Source: Schmidtea polychroa
Lineage: Eukaryota
Direction of reading: 5' to 3'
DNA length: 64,000 nucleotides
Assembly (NCBI GenBank): GCA_044892525.1
Contig: CM097887.1
Location: 134,022,397 to 134,086,396, forward strand
The notes beneath the pieces were generated by a model. It searched no databases and had not been told where the DNA came from. It was given only the letters and a program-made list of their open reading frames with translations. Below, piece after piece: positions 24,401 to 33,296 of the stretch. Both the position numbers and the translations under genes were made by a program. The first letter of the stretch is position 1. Every line of letters begins with the position of its first letter.

Positions 24401-26170
24401 TAAATATGCCACTTTCCCGAAACGACTTGTCCACAGCACTAAGAGCGTTTGACATAGACAAAAACATGAAAATCGCTTGGAGCTAGGTCCCGATTATAAG
24501 GTGGATACATAATAACTTACCAACCCAACTTGCTGAGGTTATCGCTGGTCATCATGGTTGTGTGAGGTCTGGCATTGTCCTTGTGGAACACGACAAGTCT
24601 CCTATTTACTAATTCTGGCCTCTTATTGTTGATTGTTGCTTTCAATCGGTCAAATTGCTGTCAATAGAGACGCGAATGGAGTGTTTAGCCATTGGGGAGC
24701 AGCTTATAATAAATGATTCCCTTCCAATCTCACCAATCACATAGCAGGACTTTCAGGGCCGTAAATCCTTGTTTGACCATCATTTGCGCGGCTTCACCAG
24801 CTTTTCACCATGAAGGTTGCCGCTTGACATTTTCGTATGTGGCCCATTTCTCGTTGCCAATAACCAAACTCTTCAGAAATGGCTCAATTTTGTTCCGTTT
24901 GACCAAGGGATTCGCAAATGGAGACACGTTTCATCAATTTATCTTCCGTTAACTCGTCTGGTACCCAAACATGAAGCCTCTTCTTATATCCAACTTTATG
25001 TAAATGATTTGAAATTGTTTTGTTGTATATCTTTACTTTCTGGGCGATGCTACAGATTTCAATGATTTCCAAAATTTTATCGACATTTTAGACCAAGGTT
25101 TCCCAAAATATGTTCCGCTGAGCCTACATAAATATTTCGCAAAAATTTGAAGTAAATATAGCAAATTGAACATATTCTATTTCTTAATGAAAGACGAGCG
25201 ACAGTTATACTTGATTGAGTTTTATGACGTCAAGAGCAGGCAAAGAATTTTAGTACCTAAAAGTTGGGTACAGCAATGGAAGTCTTTAACAAGTGCCAAT
25301 ATTTTTTAATGAGGGAGAAAGGCTATCTCTCATCCTGTGCGCATCAAAGAGATGTGGTAAGTGGCATTGTTTTTACCTGATTCGCTGATATTTCTTTAAT
25401 AACATTTTTTATTTTTATTTATTCAATTATGAATTACTCAATCTAAAAAATAAGTGTTCCTCCAAAATTTTCGGATTTGCCAAGTGTTCCGTCGCTGAAA
25501 AAAGTTTGGTAAACCCTGTTTTAGACGATAAGCCTTTCAGTGCGTGGTGCATCTCTCACATCAAATTTATCGGAACGAAATCGACAAAACCAAAATTGCG
25601 CTTGATTGGCTGTCACAGATTGCACCATAAACACTATTTACAATTTTAGCCGCATGTTTTGCGTTTTGACCTTAATCGAAATAAAATTGTAAAACATACC
25701 GGAGTTTTTAATTCACCTCTATCTATAAACGTTTTAACCCTTATTTAAAGCTATTCATCACAACAATGACTAAATTTAATTGTTATGTATGAAAATCCAT
25801 TTCTTCTACGAGTATAACCTTGACTAAATATGATAAATACAAAACAAGATATGTGCCATTAATTACATCTATCGACCAAATAAAGATTACTTTTTCACCA
25901 GCCTAATAGTTAATTTTATCATTAAATTCTTTATTTTTTGGTCACCTTTGAATCTGTGCTTTCTTTTTTTTATCAAATGCTAATAAAAAGTGTAAAATAT
26001 TTCCTGTTTATTTAGACTCAGATGAAGTGGATAATATCCACCTGACATACTATAGTGATATTAGCACACTTGATTATTTGAAAAACAGTTGGAAAAGTGA
26101 TTTCCTTCCTGTAGCAGCTGATCTTATATCAAGACTTGAACTTAAAATGAATCGTTTTGAACCGCTATAA
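1404..26170 (+). CDS. ARMC2: Armadillo repeat-containing protein 2, multi-exon; first (ATG) exon not located
   Basis: GT-AG exons 1404-1715, 3123-3288, 4349-4454, 4499-4724, 7174-7542, 9020-9122, 13670-13926, 15609-15857, 20109-20424, 21837-21965, 22014-22263, 23463-23629 and 26016-26170 join with consistent phases (2805 nt, ending TAA). Motifs match ARMC2 as I recall it: TKRPFTPQTETRSLFG...SRPPSVFSL, NLLNICKLIYRVSKNKNND, VKLLRVIANAAI, RVLGNLS, LRDFASRDWQLAGLVCQTLWNY, WKSDFLPVAADLISR...FEPL*. Confidence 0.92.
2040..2790 (-). mobile_element. Highly degraded Penelope-like RT remnant, interrupted by the 2213-2577 MITE
   Basis: ATMDINLSPILAIFYL resembles the PLE motif GxxMGSPLSPILAxxY. FDLI...QPNTGKH lies on the other side of the MITE. 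Weak similarity only. Confidence 0.3.
2213..2577. mobile_element. hAT (Buster/Charlie-type) MITE
   Basis: TIRs CAGTGGTTCTCAA / TTGAGAACCACTG. The 8-bp TSD is GTGTAGAG / CTGTAGAG (nnnTAnnn, one mismatch). Confidence 0.85.
3355..3412. repeat. (ATT)n microsatellite
   Basis: Direct reading of the sequence. Confidence 0.9.
3845..3926. mobile_element. Possible tiny piggyBac-like MITE
   Basis: TTAA|CACGTT...AACGTG|TAAA. Short TIR and imperfect right TSD. Confidence 0.3.
5760..6575 (-). mobile_element. Internally deleted hAT element: BED zinc finger plus C-terminal dimerisation remnant
   Basis: The minus strand gives IWFYY...AKCK/CSKTIKTAGCSTSGL (BED finger, frameshifted). About 300 nt later it gives PTSVESERAFSLTGILLNKLRLRLNDETLDYLCMLRSYF. 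An AATACCGGTATTTCGGTATT terminal-type motif lies near 5770. Confidence 0.75.
6797..6837 (+). ncRNA. Minimal type I hammerhead ribozyme motif (Penelope-associated type)
   Basis: CTAC-CTGACGA-T-GACAG(tgatt)CTGTC-GAAA-TATA-TT-GTAG. Intact core, 5-bp stem II, stem I CTAC/GTAG, palindromic loop 3. Confidence 0.75.
9205..9394. repeat. 190-bp near-perfect palindrome (fold-back element)
   Basis: Arms 9205-9292 and 9307-9394 are 88 bp with 2 mismatches, around a 14-nt loop. Confidence 0.9.
10690..11400 (-). mobile_element. Penelope-like retroelement remnant (RT C-terminus, linker and GIY-YIG endonuclease)
   Basis: Minus-strand translations with frameshifts: NFLPWESHVPFQRK, FYKNRYPKEFV, KNIVCQITCTRCDATYIGETNITFQTRI, ILQDAFKNTLQRLATES. 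Confidence 0.8.
12663..13030 (+). pseudogene. Diverged partial duplicate of the ARMC2 exon at 13670-13926, joined to a copy of intronic 15915-16110
   Basis: 12689-12835 aligns with 13762-13923 (KSAGSKNISKNTFSNSLINSGLLPVISNLLQKCTKN vs KSKGSENISKNPISNALINAGIFPVISNLLQKCTKN). 12835-13030 aligns with 15915-16110. Confidence 0.8.
13136..13560. mobile_element. Degenerate hAT MITE (GGGCCC-type subtermini)
   Basis: CATGCTCGGATT...AATCCGTTTCTG termini. Subtermini resemble those of the 39071 and 48415 elements. TSD is degenerate. Confidence 0.55.
16503..16664. repeat. Palindromic element related to 9205-9394
   Basis: TATTAAACAAGAAAATAATAATATAAGC...GCTGCAAAGTATATATT pairs with AATATATACTTTGCAGCTTATATTATCATTTACTTGTTTAATA. 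A half copy lies at 33343-33405. Confidence 0.7.
16975..17389. mobile_element. hAT (Buster-type) MITE
   Basis: TIRs CAGGCCTGCCCAACC / GGTTGAACAGGCCCG. Perfect 8-bp TSD GTATATAT. Confidence 0.85.
18900..19330 (-). mobile_element. Degraded hAT transposase C-terminal remnant
   Basis: GTNATVER* motif at 19012-19038, with multiple stops. Confidence 0.45.
21380..21680 (-). mobile_element. Ty3/Gypsy reverse transcriptase remnant
   Basis: YKDEIIIFVNTREEY...ADFLGF resembles the YxDDIII...FLG region of Gypsy RT. Confidence 0.5.
24333..25906 (-). mobile_element. Full-length decayed mariner (cecropia/Hsmar1-like TIRs), interrupted by a hAT MITE
   Basis: TA|TTAGGTTGGTGAAAAAG...TTTTTCACCAGCCTAA|TA. Transposase motifs QFWFCRFRS, WVPDELT, GNEKW, KDNARPH and YPPYNRDLAPSDF are present, with stops and frameshifts. 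Confidence 0.9.
25094..25518. mobile_element. hAT (Buster-type) MITE nested in the mariner
   Basis: TIRs CAAGGTTTCCCAAA / TTTGGTAAACCCTG. Perfect TSD TTTTAGAC. The mariner frame resumes across it. Confidence 0.9.
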
Positions 26171-28399
26171 TTATGAGAAAACAACTCAATGGTTAAAAGC
26201 TGCAATTTGTCCAGTCAACGAAGATCTCTTTTATAACAACGGCCTATAGACTAATGTCCAACAAATATTTTAATATATTTTATATACATATATATAAATT
26301 TATCATCTAATACATTTATTAAGTTTTGCTGTGTTGAAAAGAATATGAATTTTTAAATTAAGACAAAAAATTTTTTTTTCGTGAAAAAATTAGGATTTCA
26401 TTTGCTTTTCAATTAAAATGTGATCTTGCTCAATGATGATGATATTTCATGAATAGAAATGAATTGTTCAATTTTTGTATATTATATTATATTATATTTA
26501 TCTGAACATAAAAATAACAATGATAAATCAATATAGTAAAAAATAAAAAATTTTGAGATTTTTATTGATTTTATTTGTGATGGTTTTGAATTTGTTTAAA
26601 TCGTGTCAAAATAAACTGTGATTTGTATTTAATTTCTTTTCTGAGTTGTGTTATTGGTTATTTGTTGGAGATTCAAATACATGATGGATGGAGAATGAGA
26701 GATTGAATACGAATAGTATAGTTATAAATCGATGGGAATTTGGAAGAATGCAATCTAAAAAGATATATTGATCAAAAGATAAGTAACTCGATTGAGTACA
26801 TTATAGTTACTAATTTTTAATTTCAGACTTCAACTGATTCATATTGCTCACTGTAATGGTTCATTTTTATTTGATTATGCGATTTGTGTTGGAGTTGTAT
26901 TTTGTATGCGTCCAATTTGTTTTCTTTTAGAGTTGATATTTTTGTGAAATTTTAATATTAATTAAAAATTAATATTAAAACTGAGAAGAAAATTAGAAGC
27001 TAAACTGAAAAAATGCGAATCTAGAGAACCATATGAAGATCCTAGAGAAATAGTTTGTCCATCGAATATTCAGCAAGCAACCGAAACCGTTTCGATACTT
27101 TTTTACTGAAGACTAGATTGGGCGCTTCAATCTATTTAAAGTATACATGACGCAACAAAAATAAAAAACACAACACAATTTTCGGTTTTTATGCTTCCTT
27201 AGATTTCGGCCCTCTGAACATATTCTGATAAAACCGTTCTCACCATGACCTTCCCCTCAACTCATTTGTATCTGACCCGATTTTCAGATTTTAATTCGAT
27301 TTAAATTGAATTTGGATTTTTCAATGTTCCCCTTTTTAATTATAAGGAAATTATAATAATTTTAAATTTAACAACCCCAAATAAGGTTTTGGGCAATGAA
27401 AAAAAATCACAAAATAAAACGGGAGTAGAATAAAAATCATCAAAAAACCAAAATAACAAAAGTTCAAAAAATTTCTAAAATGAAAACATTATTATCAATC
27501 TGGAGGAAATGGATATGGTTGAACGCGGAATCATGAGACAAATCTAGAAACAAAAATAAAAATTTAGTGAGGGGTCTCTAGAAAAGGTTATGACAAAATT
27601 ACAAACTAATTAAAACTTAATTAATCGCTAATTATTAGGAAACCGATAATTATTAGGAAATGTCGGTAATCCCCGAAGGAATTAATGGAATATTAATAAT
27701 GCCTTTTAGAAAAGTATAAAAAGAAAATCTGAAAAGAGATGAGTTATCAGTTGGTCGACGAAACAAAATAAGTATGGACTTACGAAATCAAAGAGAATCA
27801 AAGAGCAAATAATTCAAGTAAATCTAAGGAACATTATAACTTATCGTACCAGAAAGGACGAGTTAATACTTTGAACAATTATTAAGTTCTTTAAAATAAA
27901 ACAAAAAAAGGAAGACATCCAATATCATTATTTTATGATATAATAGACAGATAAAAAGCACTCAAGGATAGAATATGATACAAATTCATCAAATACTGGT
28001 AAAAGACAAAATGCTTCGAAAGAAAATACAAGGAAATGGTGTTAAATTGCAAAAGAATAGAAAGGAAAAAAATTTGACGTTTGGCGAAAAATGGCCTGAT
28101 AAGACCATAAAGTGGAAATGATTGTCTATATTTAAATAAATTATTTCATTTATATTCGTGGTCAGAACAATAACATTATTTTTCTTATCTCCTGTATAAG
28201 AGTTAAACAAACAATAAATAATGTTATGGCCAAACTGTGAATAAAATGTTATTCAAATCTGATATGAAAGATTAAAGCTAGACAAGAATATGAAAGTTTT
28301 TAAATGTTAAAGAAGTTTCCTAAGTTAATCAAATTACTATCGAAAATTTAAATAGGCTAGGTTATCTAGTTCTAATAAAGAGATATACTTGAACTCATC

Positions 28400-29285
28400 A
28401 AAGGAGTTGACTTCTACACCGATTCTGGGATTTCCATAATTACGAAAAGTTTTATTTTAAATATTAATGTTATTTTTGATAGAATTGGTAAAATTCTATC
28501 AAAGTCGGTAAAAAATAGGCAAGATCAACCTATTGTATTCGTATCAAAAATAATGAATAAGTATGGAAGAGGTATTGCTTATAATTCATTATTTTACTCA
28601 TAATTTCAAACACTATCTATATGGAAAAGAATTTACCTTTATTTATTATAAAGCGTTAACTTTCATAAAACATAAAAGGTAACCGATTTTAGCTCAATTT
28701 CAGACATGGATTGAAAATTTAAGCGGCTTAGGAATTAAATTGAAATAACAAAAGGAAAACCTTTATCCCCATTAGATACAAACTTCCTAGTATTGCACAA
28801 ATTACCAACTGCACAATAATTGAACTTTGACCTTTTAGATCCTACTGGATCTTGGCATCTTATCTAACAGCTGTCTAGTTATCACACCATGTACAATTGA
28901 CTCTGTTATAAGTAGATACAAAAGAAGTCATTTTCGCACGAGATACCTTAGAAAAGATTTTTTAAATAAATTAGAGGAAGGTTATATGTTTAATTATATC
29001 AGGGTATATTTAATCAAGTATGTGTTTAATTATTCATGTGCTTTTGACAATATGCCGCAAATGTGTATTTGTGCATGCATCAGACACTTAACAATTTTTG
29101 GCCTGTAGCAGATCCAATTTAGAAATGTTGTACTTATGTTCACTCGTATTCTTACTGACGCTCATACTCGTACTCACACTAAAAACTCTGACATGTACTT
29201 ATTCTCGCATTAGTACTAACGCCAACAACCACATACAAAATCAAACTACTTATATGTCGGTTCTTATCTTTGCTAAATATTGATT
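28400..29285 (+). mobile_element. Degraded Gypsy-like remnant (RNase H fragment, purine tract, probable LTR)
   Basis: GQDQPIVFVSKIMNKY resembles the RNase H PIAFxS motif. AGAGGAAGG near 28975 precedes an LTR-like segment. Confidence 0.4.
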
Positions 29286-31108
29286 TCATAAATTTATTAC
29301 TTACAAAGTCTTCACTGAAAATTATAAAAATATATAAATAAATTATTAATTATAAAAATATTTGATCATTACTTGAAAATAATTATATGAAATATTTAAA
29401 AATCAATCGGAATCACTAGGCAACGGTATTACAAAAATAAAAACTAATTAATTAAAATTTGTTGACATTATAAATCATTTTGCTAAAAAATGAAATATCA
29501 CCGAGGGCGACAAATGCAAAGTGGCCTGTCATATTAGAGCTCGTTCATAAAGGTCGAGGATTGCTGATTTGATACTGAACTGGGAAATGATAAATGTTCA
29601 CAGTCAGTTTAAAAAGAGAACGACCAGATTATGGATGAAAAACCCTAGTAATCATAGAATAACGGATTATATTGCGACAATCAATTTCAATTGCTGAGTT
29701 ACCGGATAAAAATAAAATTCCTAGTTTTAACTCCAAAAAAAAGAAATATTTGCCAATTTTTCCAAAGCATCAGATAATTAAAGAAAACGTTCGAAAAGTT
29801 TAGTATCACTAAATTTATACAAATTTCAAGGTTTGGTTGTTGATATATTTTAATTTGATTATAATGAAATAAAATTTTTTATTTGTTGGTTTGTAATAAT
29901 AATATTTTTTAATAATATTTTTTATAAATAATATTATAATTGACAAGAATTGCGATTTGCCTTTCATACTAAAATGATTAATGTCATTAAAATTTTAATT
30001 AATTAATAAATAAGACTTTAATTTCATTAACTGAAAATTATTATATTCGTATTAAACTTTTCATTACAACCTGCTCGTAGCTTTCCCTGGAAAATATTAA
30101 TTTTTCAAATTTTTGATTAACATTTTTGCATTTCAATTTGCATTTTATATCATTTTTAATTGATTTGCACTCGACTTTTGTGGATTTAAATTTTATTTTT
30201 AAATAACTCAATATAATGTTTTTTGATTAATTATTATTTTCAAAAAATTATAAATATTAAATAAACAATTAATTTACCGGAAAACAATTATATTTCCATC
30301 TAAACTTTAATTTTACTCATAAATTTTCAACATGAAAAATTTGATTGTGCTCAGAAATGTAACAAATGAAAAATATATTAATTAAAACAAATAATATTAT
30401 TGTAAATGGAAATTTTTTTTAAAAAATGATTTAATATACAAATTATTTTTATTTATCTAAACAGAGTGGTAAAATCTATTAGAAGTCTTATTGACAACAT
30501 CTTCCTCTCACTTAAAGATATTTCCTTTATTTCATAAATTGAAAAATTCAATCAGCTATTTCATCAACTATATTTACAAAGACAAAACAGAAATTATTTC
30601 AGCGATACTTCGCTATTCTCAATGTGAAAAATATCTATTCAAGCTTGAAAATTTATTTATTCCATTTTTTAACCAAGTCGATAAAAACTAAATAATTTAT
30701 TCTTGCATCGTTTTCAGTGTTAATAATTTGATTTGAAATATTAAGGAGAATTCTTTACACTTAAAGATATTTTGATTTAAAATTTTCAATCTAAAAAATA
30801 ATANNNNNNNNNNNNNNNNNNNNNNNNNNNNNNNNNNNNNNNNNNNNNNNNNNNNNNNNNNNNNNNNNNNNNNNNNNNNNNNNNNNNNNNNNNNNNNNNN
30901 NNNNNNNNNNNNNNNNNNNNNNNNNNNNNNNNNNNNNNNNNNNNNNNNNNNNNNNATAAATAATATGATAAATAAATAAATTTACCTGAAGGAAGATCGT
31001 CATGACGAACGAGACGATCTATGGGAACTCGGAGAAGAAAACAAAAATAAAAAGAAATGAGAAATTAGAAAGATAAATCAAACCAAAGAAAGCAATCAAT
31101 AAATTAAT

Positions 31109-31653
31109 TAACCACGTTTTTAGACACTGAACAGGGTATTTATGCTGACAGGGCAACTCGTACACTTCATCGGCCACCTCATAATCTGACAGACAAATGG
31201 AACCTGTATCATTAGCTTCGGTGATTTTCTTGACTTTTTTTCTTGCCTCATTTGCTGGTGGAGGACCACTCTGTTCAAATTGATTCATAATACTCGTTAC
31301 AAAATTGTCGAAACTTTGATCTGAAAATATGTAATCTGACGAATCTGATCCAAAATCTAGAGGTAGCAATCCACCAAAAATAAACTTGATATTAGTTGGC
31401 CAAAAACACTATTTCTGTTATCAGGATCTCTTGGAGTAATAAAAAAGGAACCATCAGTTTCGTCTGTAGTACTTCCACCAGGAATATGACGAATAATATG
31501 AAAACCATTCAAGGTGTCATCATCACTTTCCATTAAGTTATCCGATTCAATTCTTTCAATAAATCCATCATTGCACGTCACACATTTACCATCCTGAGAT
31601 ATGTGAACGTCCCTGTTGCATTTATGATAATAGTAATTATCTGTATTAATCGT
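31109..31653 (-). pseudogene. RNF115/RNF126-like E3 ligase pseudogene (N-terminal zinc finger to truncated RING-H2)
   Basis: YYYHKCNRDVHISQDGKCVTCNDGFIE...DYIFSDQSFDNFVTSIMNQFEQSGPPPA...GSICLSDYEVADEVYELPCQHKYPVQCLKTWL. Lesions: frameshift in the T-run near 31378, ACG instead of ATG, ligand substitutions, no final CxxC. Confidence 0.85.
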
Positions 31654-31792
31654 AGTGATTAAAGAAACTTTATTTTAAAAAAAAATACACTTCCAGAAAC
31701 CTACCAAATTTAAATAACTTGATCAATCCAAAATATAAAATTCAAAAAAAACTCACATCTCCAAAAAATTTGATTAAAACTCGACAATTGTC

Positions 31793-31854
31793 CGCGTCTG
31801 TGTGCGCACACAAATCAATCCAAATGTCCAAGCCAAAAAACGCACACAGACGCG
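31793..31854. promoter_or_regulatory. Inverted pair of the 14-mer CGCACACAGACGCG, copy A (putative promoter element)
   Basis: CGCGTCTGTGTGCG (31793-31806), 34-nt spacer, CGCACACAGACGCG (31841-31854). It lies 140 bp upstream of the RNF126-like start. Confidence 0.6.
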
Positions 31855-32235
31855 AGACATGAACTGATAATTAACCACAAAGGTCATCATTAATTGAGAA
31901 GTGCAAAGAGGAAAAGGAATTTCAAATTTCAAAAATAGAAACAGCAGAAAATGCATAATTTGACAGCTTATCACAGATATCGGAATTGCAGGAAAAGTCG
32001 GTCTAACAAAAAAGAGCAAAGACAGGAACAATGGAAAATGCAGAAAGAAGAAAAAGGGCGGGAAAAATTATCTCAAGTATCGCAAATGTAACAAGCTATA
32101 AAAGGGAAAAACACAGAAGTCATAAGAAGTGGAAAAGCGCAGTTGAAGCACAATTACAAAAGAGAATTCAGAAATATTTAATTGGGAGAGTAACGAGAAT
32201 CTTTGGAAAAATCTAATATAAAAATGGAAGTGGAG

Positions 32236-32482
32236 TAAATAATTTGTGGTCAAAGCAAATAGAGCAATCGATTAGCGTACCCTGTGAGTGATTATTGTTA
32301 TTATTATTGGCAATTATACACGGAGAGCTATTCTTCACGTAAGTGTCGCAATAAGTTCTGTATAATTATCTATTTTAGAGTTGATTGGTTTTGTAATTGC
32401 AAGCTTGTTCGAGATTGTTAATATGTGAATCAATAAAACACGCTTGGAGTCAGAGACGGGATTGTGAATTTAGAGTTTATCA
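32236..32482 (+). mobile_element. Possible LTR preceded by a purine tract and a decayed coiled-coil ORF (from about 31885)
   Basis: AAAAATGGAAGTGGAG purine tract, internal AATAAA near 32432, ends in ...TATCA. No partner LTR was found. Confidence 0.3.
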
Positions 32483-32556
32483 TCGATCAATAGACCCAAT
32501 AGTAATAATAATAATAATAATTGAAAAGAATCACAAGAAAGCAAATATTTATTTAT

Positions 32557-32781
32557 ATTCAATAAAGCCGGAATAGACGTGACGCTTGGTGGTTTCGATT
32601 CAACATGCATTGGTACTTTAATTTCAATCAAATCATCTATAGAAAACTGTATTCCAATAACAGGATCTAGATCACTTGTCGTTAAATGTTTTTCAATAAA
32701 CCTTTTTTCATAAACATGTCCTGATGATCTATTTAGAACTGGAACTTCAGGAATTTCGTTGGAAACCGAACAAATTAACAA
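32557..32781 (-). pseudogene. PRPF19: PRPF19 (Prp19) U-box fragment lacking its own ATG
   Basis: LICSVSNEIPEVPVLNRSSGHVYEKRFIEKHL...DPV...DDLIEIKVP...KPPSVTSIPALL matches the Prp19 N-terminus. It is truncated before the coiled coil. Confidence 0.88.
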
Positions 32782-32814
32782 GAAAATTGAAACTGAATCA
32801 TATATCTGAGAACC

Positions 32815-33106
32815 TTTCAAATCTCCAAACGAAACTTTTTTTTCCAAATCCCAAATCTGGAAAGACGATCCAGTTGCAGAACATAGTCAATATATGTTTG
32901 GTGAGAAGGTACGTTTGTTAATAATATCACATATTTCTAAAGAGCATAAATGTCTTCCTTCAGATAAATTCTATAACATTAAAGTTCTGTCCCATGGTCT
33001 AGACAATGCAAATTTACCATCATTTGATGCAGAAATAAGATTATTTGAATAGATTGGGTTAGTTGTCATCTGTATAAGTGATTCGATCGAATTCAAATTG
33101 TTCCAT
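32815..33106 (-). pseudogene. RACK1: Internally deleted RACK1 pseudogene fragment, in frame with the PRPF19 fragment
   Basis: MEQFEF / QMTTNPIYSNNLISAS | NDGKFALSRPWDRTL | ML*NLSEGRHLCSLEICDIINKRTFSPNIY*LCSATGSSFQIWDLEKKVSFGDLK correspond to RACK1 WD1, WD2 and WD6 segments. Both stops replace conserved Trp. Confidence 0.85.
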
Positions 33107-33237
33107 TATCTCTCGCCAAAAATAATTCCAAATTTCAAAATTCCTTTCAAAAAAATCTCTTTTAAACAAAAAGCCCTAATTCTACAATTTTCAAAAACAA
33201 TAATAATTTTTTATTACAATAAAAATTATCCATTCCT

Positions 33238-33296
33238 CGCGTCTTTGCGCACACTATTACGAACAAAAGTCTGACAATAACGCGCACACAGACGCG
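33238..33296. promoter_or_regulatory. Inverted 14-mer pair, copy C
   Basis: CGCGTCTTTGCG (33238-33249, variant), 33-nt spacer, CGCACACAGACGCG (33283-33296). It lies 132 bp upstream of the RACK1 ATG. Confidence 0.55.

Noticed and set aside
31793-31854. 14-mer pair interpreted as the TIRs of a 62-bp MITE
   Set aside because: No target-site duplication at any of the three copies, and homology extends beyond the pair.
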